From Actinomycetota bacterium (lineage in GTDB: Bacteria; Actinomycetota; Acidimicrobiia; Acidimicrobiales; GCA-2861595): a DNA stretch of 64,000 nt. Where the stretch lies: NCBI GenBank assembly GCA_002861595.1, contig PJQG01000008.1, forward strand, positions 39,174-103,173, read 5' to 3'. The translations under genes and the position numbers were made by a program. Below, piece after piece: positions 53,467-64,000 of the stretch; the stretch's first letter is position 1; each line of letters begins with the position of its first letter. The notes under the pieces are model-generated. The model ran no database searches. It worked only from the letters and a program-made list of their open reading frames with translations, and was not told the DNA's origin.

Positions 53467-53814
53467 TCAGCCGCCGAGCTCCATGCGGGGACGCAGGTCG
53501 ATGCCCGCGGCCGTGACGCCCTCCTCGAGGAGCTTGCGCTCCAACTCGGTGAGGCGACGGTACCCGATGAAGAACTCCGGATCAGGGGCATCGGGGATGT
53601 TGAGCATGTGCCCGACCACGACCAGCGCCTCGTCGTAGGCGTACATGGCCTGGTTCCATCCGCCCGGCGTTGGTGGAGAGAGCCCCTCCTGGCCATGGAG
53701 CGGCAGAGCGGCCCGCAGGGCCCGAAGCTCGGCGCCCAGGTGCTCGCGTGCCACAGAGCTCGGTACGCCTAGCTGGGCGGCCAGGCCCTCGATGGTCTTG
53801 CCTCTGTCGTTCAT
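53467..53814 (-). CDS. hypothetical protein (possible N-terminal HTH)
   Basis: 115-aa ORF beginning MNDRGKTIEGLAAQLGVPSSVAREHL. A GGTGAG ribosome-binding-like site precedes the ATG. I recognised no family. Confidence 0.45.
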   Translation of the reverse strand: MNDRGKTIEGLAAQLGVPSSVAREHLGAELRALRAALPLHGQEGLSPPTPGGWNQAMYAYDEALVVVGHMLNIPDAPDPEFFIGYRRLTELERKLLEEGVTAAGIDLRPRMELGG

Positions 53815-53818
53815 CGGC

Positions 53819-54025
53819 TCACCTGAGGATCAACGAGGCGAGCGCCCACAGTGCGGCCAGGAGGCCGACGCCGATCATGACGACACTGCGACCGGCCGGC
53901 GCCCGCTCCAACTCGCCCTCACGAGGCCGGTCAGGGGGCCGGACGAGGGCCAGCCCGTTTCCCATCGCCATCGCGGCACCGAGGGCCAGCACCAACAACG
54001 GCAGCAGGTCCTCACCAAGGAACAC
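53819..54025 (-). CDS. small two-TM membrane protein, hypothetical
   Basis: 68 aa with two hydrophobic segments (LLPLLVLALGAAMAMGNGLAL and VVMIGVGLLAALWALASLIL). It lies immediately upstream of the 115-aa ORF. Confidence 0.4.
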   Translation of the reverse strand: MFLGEDLLPLLVLALGAAMAMGNGLALVRPPDRPREGELERAPAGRSVVMIGVGLLAALWALASLILR

Positions 54026-54342
54026 GGGCCATCACCACCGGCCGCCAGGGCGGGCAGGCAAGAGCGACATCGGCGCTGAGCCTACTCCGCGTGTTCCGGC
54101 CATGCATCGCGGGGAACACCGACTTTTCGCCACGCCGTGTGAGATTTTGCTCAAGAGTCCTCCTCCTCCCGACGATGAAAGATGCAGCGTGGCGCCGCCA
54201 GCAGGCGCAGCGTAGAGGTAGCGGTGGGGGCCGGGACCCCTCCAACTCGCGGGCCGGCCTCACGCCAGGCCTGCACCCCGGCTCCCGCCCTGCCTCCTTG
54301 GCACGGGTCGAGCAGATTGGCACCCGATGACCGGCAGGCGGT

Positions 54343-54525
54343 TCACAACCTGCCGTAGCCGACCCGCTCCGGGTTGACGATGCGCGCACCGGGCATCTCC
54401 CGAGCCAGCGCGTGCACGACGACCGTCTTGCCCACGCCGAAGGGACCGTCGAGCCAGACGACCACCCGACGACGAACCGAGGTGAGGAGCCGCCGGTGAT
54501 CATCTTCGTGCGCTCGACTGATCAC
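54343..54525 (-). pseudogene. TmrB-like P-loop ATPase, N-terminal 60 codons only
   Basis: VVVWLDGPFGVGKTVVVHALAREMPGARIVNPERVGYGRL then stop. It resembles the TmrB N-terminus (IWINGAFGSGKT...DPEKMGF, from memory). The remaining roughly 130 aa are absent. Confidence 0.5.
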
Positions 54526-54583
54526 CTGCTGATCATGTTGGGCTCGCCGCTGATCACCTTCACCGCGTCCCTACAGGCGCCGG

Positions 54584-55954
<1,371 letters not shown>

Positions 55955-56120
55955 GGGGATTGGCAGATCCTGACCACCGCCCGCTGGGGACGGCTAGAGG
56001 GTCTTGCTGGGGAATATCCCGTGGACGAAGCCCGTCGCTCTCCACACCCGAACATCAGTTCGAGACTCTACCAAGCCGGTGTGACCGAACGGCCGAGGCA
56101 ATGGCCGTCCGGGAGCGCGG

Positions 56121-56570
56121 TCAGCTACCGCTGACGACCTCGACGTTGAGCCGGAACTCCACCTCGGCATGGAGGCGCACCGGCACCTCGTGGGCGCCGA
56201 GGGTACGGATGGGGGATTCGATGTGCAGACGGCGACGGTCGAGGTCGACGCCGGCCTGGGCGGCCACGGCGGCCACGACATCGGCGGCGGTCACCGAGCC
56301 GAACAACTTGCCCTCGTTGCCGGAGCGGGCCGGGATGCGGATCACGAGCGGCACGAGGGTGCGGGCGACCGCCTCCGCCCCCTCCCGGTCCCGCGCGTCC
56401 TTGACGTCTCGGGAGCGACGCATGGCACCGGCCTGCGCCTCGACCCCCGCCGTGGCCTTCATGGCCCGGCCCTTCGGGATCAAGTAGTTCCGGGCATAGC
56501 CGTCGGCCACGCTCAGGATGTCGCCCTTCTTGCCCACCCCGTCCACGTCGGCCCGCAGCACGACCTTCAT
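56121..56570 (-). CDS. rplI: 50S ribosomal protein L9
   Basis: [34 protein letters not shown]; 149 aa. Confidence 0.95.
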   Translation of the reverse strand: MKVVLRADVDGVGKKGDILSVADGYARNYLIPKGRAMKATAGVEAQAGAMRRSRDVKDARDREGAEAVARTLVPLVIRIPARSGNEGKLFGSVTAADVVAAVAAQAGVDLDRRRLHIESPIRTLGAHEVPVRLHAEVEFRLNVEVVSGS

Positions 56571-57007
56571 CCTGCTTCCCCGCCCTCGCTTGCAGGTTCC
56601 CCCGGACCGGCACCCTGCTCGAAGGCGACGTCGTTCTCGATGCCGTCATCGGCACCGGACGCCCTACCGGGCGCCATGGCGTCGCGCCGGGGACCGCCGC
56701 GACCGGGACCGCGGCCGCCCGCCCGCTCCATCACCGTGCGTTGCGTGTAGGGCAACAAGGCCAGCTCGCGGGCTGTCTTGATGGCGACGGCGACCTCGCG
56801 CTGATGCTCCGTGCAGTTGCCCGAGACCCGGCGGGCCCGGATCTTCCCGCGGTCGGAGATGTAGCGGCGAAGCAGGTTCACCTCCTTGTAATCCACCCAG
56901 GCAAGGTGCTCGGTGCAGAACAGGCACACCTTCTTCTTTCCCGGACGACGACGGTCGTCCTTGGGAACCCGCTTGGTGCCGCGATCACGGTCGTTGCTGC
57001 GCCCCAT
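56567..57007 (-). CDS. rpsR: 30S ribosomal protein S18 with about 55-aa C-terminal extension
   Basis: The core is [67 protein letters not shown] at 57007 overlaps the ssb stop, and its own stop overlaps the rplI start. Confidence 0.9.
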   Translation of the reverse strand: MGRSNDRDRGTKRVPKDDRRRPGKKKVCLFCTEHLAWVDYKEVNLLRRYISDRGKIRARRVSGNCTEHQREVAVAIKTARELALLPYTQRTVMERAGGRGPGRGGPRRDAMAPGRASGADDGIENDVAFEQGAGPGEPASEGGEAG

Positions 57008-57528
57008 CAGAAGGGCTCCTCGTCCATGGCGTAGGCCGGGGGCGCGGGCGACGAGGCAGGGCGACCGTAGCCACCCCCGTCGGGGCGCGGCGCCGGGCCG
57101 CCACCGTAGCCACCCCCGTCGGGGCGCGGCGCCGGGCCGCCACCGAAGCCCCCGTCCGAGGGAGAGCGGCGCTCGTTCTTGGTCACCACGGCGGAGGCCC
57201 ACCGCAGGCTCGGGCCGAGCTCGTCGGCAACGATCTCGACCTTGGAGCGCTTCTCGCCGTTGCTCTCCCACGATCGCTGCTCGAGACGGCCGGTGACGAG
57301 CACCCGGGCCCCCTTCGAGAGCGACTCACTGGCGTTCTCGGCCATCTCCCGCCAGCACACCACGTCGAAGAACGACGTGGCCTCCTGCCACTCGCCCGAC
57401 TGGCGGTCCTGCCAGCGGCGGTTGACGGCCAGCCCGAAGCTGGCGGTGGCCTGCCCGCTGGGGGTGAACCGCAACTCGGGGTCGCGGGTGACGTTGCCGA
57501 CCAGGGTGACGCTGTTTCCGTTGCTCAT
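57007..57528 (-). CDS. ssb: single-stranded DNA-binding protein
   Basis: OB fold [35 protein letters not shown], a Gly/Pro-rich tail and an acidic tip DEEPF. Confidence 0.95.
   Translation of the reverse strand: MSNGNSVTLVGNVTRDPELRFTPSGQATASFGLAVNRRWQDRQSGEWQEATSFFDVVCWREMAENASESLSKGARVLVTGRLEQRSWESNGEKRSKVEIVADELGPSLRWASAVVTKNERRSPSDGGFGGGPAPRPDGGGYGGGPAPRPDGGGYGRPASSPAPPAYAMDEEPF
57066..57143 (+). repeat. perfect 39-bp tandem duplication inside the ssb tail
   Basis: cgtagccacccccgtcggggcgcggcgccgggccgccac occurs twice (57066-57104 and 57105-57143). It encodes [13 protein letters not shown] twice. Confidence 0.9.
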
Positions 57529-57908
57529 CTCGAGCTCTCCTTCACTTCTTGACCTACCTCGTCGGTCCGCTCTCCCGCAGCCACCGCGACCGGCGCCCGG
57601 CGGGCCCGGCTGGCGACGACGGCATCGGGGATGCGGACGATCTTGTGGCGGATCACTTCATCCGCGAGTGAGAGCAGGCGGTGCACCTCGGCCATCGCAG
57701 CGGGCTCGGCCTCCGCCGACACCAGAACGTAGTAACCCTCCCAGCGGTGGCGCAGCTCGTAGGCAAAGCGGCGCCTGCCCCAATGCTCGACGGGCCCCGG
57801 CTTTCCGCCTCCTGCCAGGATCAACTCCGTGACCCGATCAAGGGTGGCCCGGATGGCGTCTTCCTCCAGGCCGGAATCGAATATGACCATGACTTCGTAG
57901 GGCCGCAA
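57525..57908 (-). CDS. rpsF: 30S ribosomal protein S6
   Basis: LRPYEVMVIFDSGLEEDAIRATLDRV...HWGRRRFAYEL. TTG at 57908 is preferred within ORF 57525..58121. Confidence 0.9.
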   Translation of the reverse strand: MRPYEVMVIFDSGLEEDAIRATLDRVTELILAGGGKPGPVEHWGRRRFAYELRHRWEGYYVLVSAEAEPAAMAEVHRLLSLADEVIRHKIVRIPDAVVASRARRAPVAVAAGERTDEVGQEVKESSR

Positions 57909-58074
57909 GGGCCGACCACCTCCCTGTGGACCCGTCGCCCGGGGCGCCGGGGCCCCGGACGGCCCGGGGCAGGTTCTGGGGAACGGCTCATGGTAGTCGA
58001 CAGCGGCGATCGGTCCACCTCGACCACCAGTGTGACCTGCCGGTGTGACACGCAACCGCGGGCCGGCGGCTCCT

Positions 58075-58662
58075 TCAGCGGGGGGAGCAGTCGCCACCCA
58101 CGCTGAGGACCGAGTCGTCATCGATCCCTAGGCGGCCCAGGCCCCCTCTCTCCACCTCCAGCGCGAAGCGGTACGGGCCGGCCGGGGCGTACTGCGGGCA
58201 GCCCTCCTGGTCGGGGCACGGCTCCATCTCGGCGGTCGAGACGAGCCGGCCTCGGGCGTCGAACCAGGCGATGCTCAACGGAATGGGCACGTTCCGCATG
58301 AAGAACGACCCCGACTGGTCGGCGGCGAAGCGGAAGACCATGGCGTCGTAACCGCCAAGGTCGCGCCGGCCCATGAGACCCTTCTGGTGCTGCCGCTCGG
58401 TCTCGGCCAGCAGGGCGCAACCTTCGCTCGTGGCCGACAGTCCGCTGCCGGGGCGCGGCGTGACCCGAAAAGCGATCTCGCCGAACTCGACGGGGGCTCC
58501 CACCGGCGCCGACGCTTCGGCGGGAGCCAGCCGGGGGTCGGGCGGCCCGTTGGCGCCGACGGCCAGCAGCGCGCCGAGGCCGGACAGGAGGGCCAGCACC
58601 ACCAGCCACCCGAGGAGGGCAGCCACAGCGCGCCGCCCGGCGTTGTCGGTGTACCGGCTCAC
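58075..58662 (-). CDS. DUF192 domain protein with N-terminal membrane anchor
   Basis: ERQHQKGLMGRRDLGGYDAMVFRF...FFMRNVPIPLSIAWFD...YRFALEVERGG. The N-terminus has a TM segment LLGWLVVLALLSGLGALLAV. Confidence 0.75.
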   Translation of the reverse strand: MSRYTDNAGRRAVAALLGWLVVLALLSGLGALLAVGANGPPDPRLAPAEASAPVGAPVEFGEIAFRVTPRPGSGLSATSEGCALLAETERQHQKGLMGRRDLGGYDAMVFRFAADQSGSFFMRNVPIPLSIAWFDARGRLVSTAEMEPCPDQEGCPQYAPAGPYRFALEVERGGLGRLGIDDDSVLSVGGDCSPR

Positions 58663-59528
58663 GCCGTCTTGCTACCACCTCGTCGGCTGCCGCTCAGGCC
58701 GGCGCCGGTGTGGCCCCCGCCGTAGCTCTCGGCCTCGGTGGGAAAGCGCCGGGCCCGTACGTCACGCGCGAACTCGGCCACCGCAGCCACGGCGTCGGCC
58801 TTGATGGAGGCGTAGCGACGCACGAAGGTGGCCGTGATGCGGTCCTCCAAGCCGAGCAGATCGTGGAACACCAGGACCTGGCCGTCGCACCAGGGCCCGG
58901 CGCCGATACCGATGGTGGGCACGGCGACCGCTTCGGTGATCTCGCGGGCCAGCGTCGAGGGGATGGCTTCCAGCACGATGCAGAAGCAACCCGCGTCGGC
59001 CAGGGCCACGGCGTCGTCGACGAGCGCGGCGGCGGCCGCCCGCTCCCGCCCCTGGACCTTGTAGCCGCCCATGGCATGGAGCGACTGCGGCGTGAGTCCG
59101 AGGTGGCCCATGACGGGGATCTCGGCGTCGAGGACGGCCGACACCATCGGGAGGCGCTTGCGACCGCCTTCCAGCTTGACGGCCCGGGCGCCGGCCCGCA
59201 CCAGGGCGGCGGCGTTCCTCACCGTCTCCGGCGGGCTCAGGTGGTAGCTGAGCCAGGGAAGGTCGGCCACCAGCATGGCTCGGGGCCGGGCTCGGGCGGC
59301 TGCCGCGGTGTGGTGCGCCATCTCCTCCACCGTCACCTGCAGGGTGTCCTCGTGGCCGAGCACCACCATGGCGACAGAGTCGCCAACCAGGATGAGGTCC
59401 ACGCCGGCCTCATCGGCGATGCGCGCGCTGGGCGCGTCGTACGCGGTCACCATGACCAGCGGCTCGCCGTTCCCTTTGCGGGCCTGCACGGCGGGTGCGG
59501 TGATCGTCCCTGTCCTGCTGGCAGGCAT
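58659..59528 (-). CDS. panB: 3-methyl-2-oxobutanoate hydroxymethyltransferase
   Basis: LVMVTAYDAPSARIADEAGVDLILVGDSVAMVVLGH and VKLEGG, GHLGLTPQS; 289 aa. Confidence 0.95.
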   Translation of the reverse strand: MPASRTGTITAPAVQARKGNGEPLVMVTAYDAPSARIADEAGVDLILVGDSVAMVVLGHEDTLQVTVEEMAHHTAAAARARPRAMLVADLPWLSYHLSPPETVRNAAALVRAGARAVKLEGGRKRLPMVSAVLDAEIPVMGHLGLTPQSLHAMGGYKVQGRERAAAAALVDDAVALADAGCFCIVLEAIPSTLAREITEAVAVPTIGIGAGPWCDGQVLVFHDLLGLEDRITATFVRRYASIKADAVAAVAEFARDVRARRFPTEAESYGGGHTGAGLSGSRRGGSKTA

Positions 59529-59635
59529 GCGCCGGCTCCTTCCTCGTCCGGCGCCCCGGGGCTGCCGGCGGTGTGTGCGCCAGTGTACGGGCGGACGCCT
59601 TCCGCCGAGCCCGCGCTTCGCCGCCGTCCGGCGGG

Positions 59636-61780
59636 TCAGCCCCCCTGGGGCGGGGACTGGGCATCGCCGGGCGTGGCGACGGCTGCCGGCGCCGGGGACG
59701 GCGGAACGCCCGTTGTCGGAGTGGTCGTGCTCACCGCCGTGGTCATGGTGGTGCTCCTTTCCGCCCTCGACGGGGGCGCAGACCTCGACGTGGGCGAGGC
59801 GGCCGATGGCGAGGTGGTGGTGGTGGTGGAGAGGATCACGCGGTCCGGCACCCGGAGAACCGTGCCGGGAAACGAGGTCACGGTCGGGAAGGATCCGGAG
59901 TCGGGGGAGGTCTTGGCCACGGCCTGCATGAACCGCTTGAAGATGGCCGCGGGAAACGAGCCCCCTCTCACCTCCTGGCCCCGCACGTTGTCCATCTTCT
60001 TCTCGATGCCCTCGGGGAAGCCCATCCAGACCGCCGTCGTGAGCTTCGGGGTGTACCCGACGAACCAGGCGTCGCCGAAATCCTGGGTGGTGCCCGTCTT
60101 GCCCGCCACCGGGCGGCCGAATGCCGCCCGCGTCCCGCTGCCGCCCCGGACGACCTGCTGCAGGCAGAAGTTGACCACGTCGGCCTGGGCCGGCTCCAGC
60201 ACCTTGGTACGCGCTGGGGGGCGGGCCGGCTCCAGCACCCGCCCGTCCGCCGTGGTCACCTCGAGGATGACGTTGGGCTCGAGGTGCACGCCACGGTTGG
60301 CAAAGGTGCTGTACGCGCTCGCCATCTCCAGCACGGACACCTCAGAGGTGCCGAGGGCGAGGGAGATGTTCTGGACCAGCGGCGAGGAGATCCCCGACGC
60401 ACGGGCCAGCCTGATGACGCTGTCGGGGCCGACGGACTTGATGAGCTGCGCGTACACCGTGTTCACCGAGTTGCGGGTGGCTTCGATCAGATCGACGCTC
60501 GAACCGAAGTCCGCGTCCTCGAAGTTCTTGACCGGGTAGTCCTTGCCCTCGTCCGCCCGGGGGAAGATCGCCTCCGCCGGACCCGGGAACGAGGACTTGA
60601 CCGTGTAGCCGTCCCGGACGGCCGCGGCCAGCACGAAGGGCTTGAATGTCGAGCCGGGCTGGCGGCCCGTGCCTCCGCCCTCCCTGCCAACGGCCAGGTT
60701 GACCTTCGCATAGGGAACCTGCGCATCCCAGTCCCGGCCGCCCACCATGGCCTTCACGTGACCGCGGTCGTCGATGGCGACGAGGGCGCCGGCGGGGTCG
60801 TCGGGGCGGTCGAGAAAGCCGTACACGGCGTCGTAGGCCTGGGCCTGGGTCCTCAGGTCCAAGGTGGTCTTGACCCGCAGCCCCCCGCGGTACAACGCGG
60901 TCTCGTCGTACCTGGTCAGCAGCTGGCGCCGGATGTACTCCACGAAGTATTGCGTCCCCTTGTCAGGCATGGCGAAGGTCGACTCCGAGTTCGCCTTCGA
61001 CACGACATAGGAGCTGACCGGCTGGGCCGCTGCCGCCGCCCGCTGCGCGGCGGTGATGGAGCCGGCGCGTTGCATGGCCACCAGCGTCCGGTCCCGGCGC
61101 GCCGTCGCGACCTTGGCGCTCCGGGTGGCGTCGGCTGCCTCCGGGGAGCGGATCAACCCGGCGAGGTACGCAGCCTCGCGCAGCCCGAGCTCGCTCACGT
61201 CCTTGCCGAAGTAGGCCCGCGCCGCCGCCTGCACGCCATAGGCGCCCCGCCCGAGGTAGATCGTGTTGAGGTAGCGCTCCAGGATCTCGTACTTGCCGAG
61301 CTTGCGCTCGATCTTCATGGCCAGGATCGCCTCTTTGAACTTGCGCCACACCGTTCGCTCCCGACCGAGGTAGACGTTCTTCACGTACTGCTGGGTGATG
61401 GTCGAACCTCCCTGCAGGGACCGCCCCCGCACGTCGGCCCAGGTGGCGCGGGCGATGCCGAAGGGATCGAGGCCGCCGTGGTCGAAGAAAGCCTTGTCCT
61501 CCGCGGCCAGCACCGCGTCGACGACCACCTTGGGGACCTCGGAGAGGTCCACCAGCACCCGGTTCTCCCCGCTGTCGAGCGACGCCAGCCGTACGCCGTT
61601 GGCGTCGGTGATGAGCGTGGTCTGGGCCTGGGGGGCCTCGGGAGGCAGCGGCACCCGCACCAGGACGAACGCCGTGCCCGACAGGGCGGTGAAGGTGAGC
61701 AGCGTGGTGAGGAACAGAAGCCGGCGGTAGCGCCAGGCCCAGCGCTGGGGCTTGCGTGGGGACAGGGGAGGCGACGGCAT
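59636..61780 (-). CDS. class A penicillin-binding protein (glycosyltransferase and transpeptidase)
   Basis: GT51 motifs AAEDKAFFDHGG and GGSTITQQYVKN. Transpeptidase motifs GSTFKP (SxxK) and KTGTT. The tail is Pro/Thr/Ser-rich. Confidence 0.9.
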   Translation of the reverse strand: MPSPPLSPRKPQRWAWRYRRLLFLTTLLTFTALSGTAFVLVRVPLPPEAPQAQTTLITDANGVRLASLDSGENRVLVDLSEVPKVVVDAVLAAEDKAFFDHGGLDPFGIARATWADVRGRSLQGGSTITQQYVKNVYLGRERTVWRKFKEAILAMKIERKLGKYEILERYLNTIYLGRGAYGVQAAARAYFGKDVSELGLREAAYLAGLIRSPEAADATRSAKVATARRDRTLVAMQRAGSITAAQRAAAAAQPVSSYVVSKANSESTFAMPDKGTQYFVEYIRRQLLTRYDETALYRGGLRVKTTLDLRTQAQAYDAVYGFLDRPDDPAGALVAIDDRGHVKAMVGGRDWDAQVPYAKVNLAVGREGGGTGRQPGSTFKPFVLAAAVRDGYTVKSSFPGPAEAIFPRADEGKDYPVKNFEDADFGSSVDLIEATRNSVNTVYAQLIKSVGPDSVIRLARASGISSPLVQNISLALGTSEVSVLEMASAYSTFANRGVHLEPNVILEVTTADGRVLEPARPPARTKVLEPAQADVVNFCLQQVVRGGSGTRAAFGRPVAGKTGTTQDFGDAWFVGYTPKLTTAVWMGFPEGIEKKMDNVRGQEVRGGSFPAAIFKRFMQAVAKTSPDSGSFPTVTSFPGTVLRVPDRVILSTTTTTSPSAASPTSRSAPPSRAERSTTMTTAVSTTTPTTGVPPSPAPAAVATPGDAQSPPQGG

Positions 61781-61852
61781 CTCGAAGAGGACGGTCGCGG
61801 CGACACGGCCGGGCCGAAGCCTACCGCGGCGCCCCGCTCACCACCCTTGGCG

Positions 61853-63085
61853 TCACCGGGCATCGGCGCCGGTTGCGGGCTCTGGCGGGGAGCCGGCGGT
61901 CGGCCGCACCGCCATCGCCCTCCGGCCCACCAGGGCGAGCCCCGCGGCGGCCGTCGCCACCAGTGCGCCGCGGTCGTAGTCGCCCAGCCCCTCGGCGCCG
62001 GTCCACCCCCAGCTCCCGGGGCTCACCACGAGCCACAGCGCCAAGGCGCCAGCCGGGACGAGCCCGAAGATCGCTTCAGTCCCGGCACTCCCTTCACCCC
62101 ATCGACCTCTGGGCTCTCTCGCCCCCCGGGCGCCCAGCACCAGCGCAGCCGCCGCCGTGCCGACGACGAGGACGACCAGTGGCGGCTCCGGTTCGGTGCT
62201 CACGAGAGAGGCGGCAAGACCGGCACCCCCGGGAAGCCCCAGGAGCGCAGTCGCCGGATTCCTGACGACCAGGGCCAGCGCGGCGGCAGCCGCGAGCAGC
62301 GCCGACGGCTGGCGCCCCACCGGCAAGGCGGCGGCAGCCACGGCGAGGGCGGCGAGGGTGAGGGTGGGCTGTTGTGGCCGGCGGAACGCCCACGCCGAGG
62401 CGACGACCGCGCCCACGGCGGAGGCTCCCAGCGGAGACAGCCCGGTGACGGCGACGAGCCCGACGAGAAGGCCCGGCACCGCAAGAGGCCGGGCTCGAAG
62501 CGGGCCGAGGGTCGCCACCACGACGAGCAGGGTGGCGGTCAGCAGGCCAAGGCCGGCGGCGGTGACGTTGTCTGCGGGCAACGACCACGAACCGCCCTCG
62601 CCGCGCTCCACGAGCAAGGCCGCGGCGAGAGAGGCGGCCGCGGCAGCCACCCCCAGGGCATACGTCGGCCTGTGCCTGCCGCTGGTGGGGCCGGTCCCCT
62701 GGGTGATGACGGTCTCGGCCCCAGCCGTCGCCGTCAACAGGGCTGCGAGCAGCACGGCCGAGCCGCCGGCGGCGGCGGCCACGGCGAGCGGGAGAAGGAT
62801 CAGGCCGGCGCCGGCCGCAAGAGCTGACGCGCGCGTCCGAGGCCGCCATCCGACGCCCGCCAGTGCGGCCGCAGCCGCCCCCGCGGCGGTGCCTCTCGGG
62901 TTGGTGGCGAGCAGCGGCAGCTCGCCACCCGCGAGGGTCGCCGCCACCCAGGTCGCGGTGACGACGGCCACCGCGGCCACCCACGCCGACTCGAGGTGGC
63001 CGTCGGCCTCAGCGATCGAAGGGTCGGCCGGCGCCGGCACGGGTGCCGACGCCGGTTCGGGCCGGCGCCCGGAAAAAGCCTTCAC
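61853..63085 (-). CDS. Ala/Gly/Leu-rich polytopic membrane protein
   Basis: GTG at 63085 overlaps the stop of the upstream membrane gene (GTGA). It has about 10 hydrophobic segments. Its position next to the PBP resembles mycobacterial Rv0051, from memory. Confidence 0.55.
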   Translation of the reverse strand: MKAFSGRRPEPASAPVPAPADPSIAEADGHLESAWVAAVAVVTATWVAATLAGGELPLLATNPRGTAAGAAAAALAGVGWRPRTRASALAAGAGLILLPLAVAAAAGGSAVLLAALLTATAGAETVITQGTGPTSGRHRPTYALGVAAAAASLAAALLVERGEGGSWSLPADNVTAAGLGLLTATLLVVVATLGPLRARPLAVPGLLVGLVAVTGLSPLGASAVGAVVASAWAFRRPQQPTLTLAALAVAAAALPVGRQPSALLAAAAALALVVRNPATALLGLPGGAGLAASLVSTEPEPPLVVLVVGTAAAALVLGARGAREPRGRWGEGSAGTEAIFGLVPAGALALWLVVSPGSWGWTGAEGLGDYDRGALVATAAAGLALVGRRAMAVRPTAGSPPEPATGADAR

Positions 63086-63606
63086 GCCAGCACGGCCAAG
63101 ACGACGGCGCCGGCGGAGAGGACGAGGGCCATCGGACGGGCGGCGGGCGGCGCCCGGCGCTGGACGCAGACGGCCAACGCCACGCCGAGAAGCGCCACCG
63201 CTCCTCGCATGGCGACCAGATCGAGGGCGGCCGCCTGTGGCCCGGCCACAACCAGACCGGCGGTGAGGCCGAACAGCGCAGCGCCCCACCCTCGCGCCTT
63301 GGCCAGGACGAGCGCTCCGGCCGCGCACCAGATGGAGCCGGCAGCGGCGAGGGGGCCGACTGCGCCTCCGGGCCCGAGGACGCTCTGAGCCCCGGCTATG
63401 GCCTCCAGCGACGTGGTGCCCCACCGCAGGGCCACAGCCCCGGTCGACAGCATGGCCACGGCTCCGGCCAGGACGTCCCCGGTGGCGGCACCCAACAGCA
63501 CCGCCAGTAGCACGACCTCGCCCGAGGAGGACACGGCGAGCGCGGCCGCCCCCACGCCGGCGCCGGCGCTCAGCTCGTCCGGGTTCAGTGCCGCCCTCGG
63601 GGGCAC
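63082..63606 (-). CDS. membrane protein, hypothetical
   Basis: Four to five hydrophobic segments (VVLLAVLLGAATGDVLAGAVAMLSTGAV...). The start is uncertain; GTG at 63606 was chosen because upstream codons overlap the DUF5318 gene. Confidence 0.45.
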   Translation of the reverse strand: MPPRAALNPDELSAGAGVGAAALAVSSSGEVVLLAVLLGAATGDVLAGAVAMLSTGAVALRWGTTSLEAIAGAQSVLGPGGAVGPLAAAGSIWCAAGALVLAKARGWGAALFGLTAGLVVAGPQAAALDLVAMRGAVALLGVALAVCVQRRAPPAARPMALVLSAGAVVLAVLA

Positions 63607-63644
63607 CCGGGCGGCTCGGCCTTCGGCCCGGTCGCCGCCCGTCG

Positions 63645-64000
63645 TCAGCTCGACGTCGCCCGGCGTCGCCCGGCGACGTAGGTCCGGGCCAAGTGGTTCC
63701 ACGCGCAGTTGGGGCAGACCTCCACCACGTAGCAGGTCACGTCGCCGGCCCGGCGGGTGAGCCTGGCCAGCTCCGCCGCCGTGGTGAAGCAATGGCCGCC
63801 GGCCGCCAGACGGGGGCCGAAGGCGTAGGACACGTGGACCAGGGACGGGCCCTCGCAGATGGGACAAGCCTGCTCGGCGGGCATGCCGATGCTGCGGGCA
63901 GCCCGCAGGAGCTCCGGATGGGCGTCGCACACGTCGAGGCGCGACAGCCGGCCCCGTCGGAACTCCTTCAGCACCGAGTTGCGAGCAAGGCGATAGTCCA
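63645..64000 (-). CDS. DUF5318-family protein (5' end outside window)
   Basis: DVCDAHPELLRAARSIGMPAEQACPICEG...VVEVCPNCAWNHL. The frame stays open to the window edge (DYRLARNSVLKEF upstream of the listed Met). Confidence 0.75.
   Translation of the reverse strand, partial: DYRLARNSVLKEFRRGRLSRLDVCDAHPELLRAARSIGMPAEQACPICEGPSLVHVSYAFGPRLAAGGHCFTTAAELARLTRRAGDVTCYVVEVCPNCAWNHLARTYVAGRRRATSS

Overview
High-GC (about 70%) actinobacterial-type chromosomal segment, called by eye from the sequence and ORF track with no database searches. Intact core blocks: a liv-type branched-chain amino-acid ABC transporter (4.2-9.6 kb); DUF480, aldehyde dehydrogenase and methyltransferase genes; a large GGDEF/HD-GYP membrane protein; bldC-like, HAD and fused 2-oxoacid dehydrogenase E1 genes; an 11.5-kb purine cluster (purA-D-E, purB-C-S-Q, purL-F-M); clpB and the dnaK-grpE-dnaJ-hspR operon; M14 peptidase, gpmA and nhaA; and the Mycobacterium-like block dnaB-rplI-rpsR-ssb-rpsF-DUF192-panB-PBP1A-membrane-DUF5318. 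Four tRNA genes (Glu, Asp, Phe, Gly) are present, and three of these sites carry decayed mobile DNA. (1) tRNA-Glu is followed by a tyrosine integrase with an in-frame amber codon, a toxin stub, and an IS110-family copy that carries a 309-nt group II intron relic. (2) tRNA-Phe is followed by a frameshifted PIN gene and a regulator fragment broken by a 20-bp tandem duplication. (3) tRNA-Gly(CCC) closes a 7.1-kb integrative-element remnant bounded by a duplicated 5' half of the tRNA and flanked by arrays of the heptamer GGTCACG; its integrase also has an in-frame amber codon. Three IS110-family copies occur and all are defective. I saw no rRNA genes, CRISPR arrays or recognisable defence operon. 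The most unusual items are the intron relic inside the IS, the 5'-half tRNA duplication with heptamer arrays, the two amber-interrupted integrases, and the GGDEF-HD-GYP protein with C-terminal Ig-like repeats.
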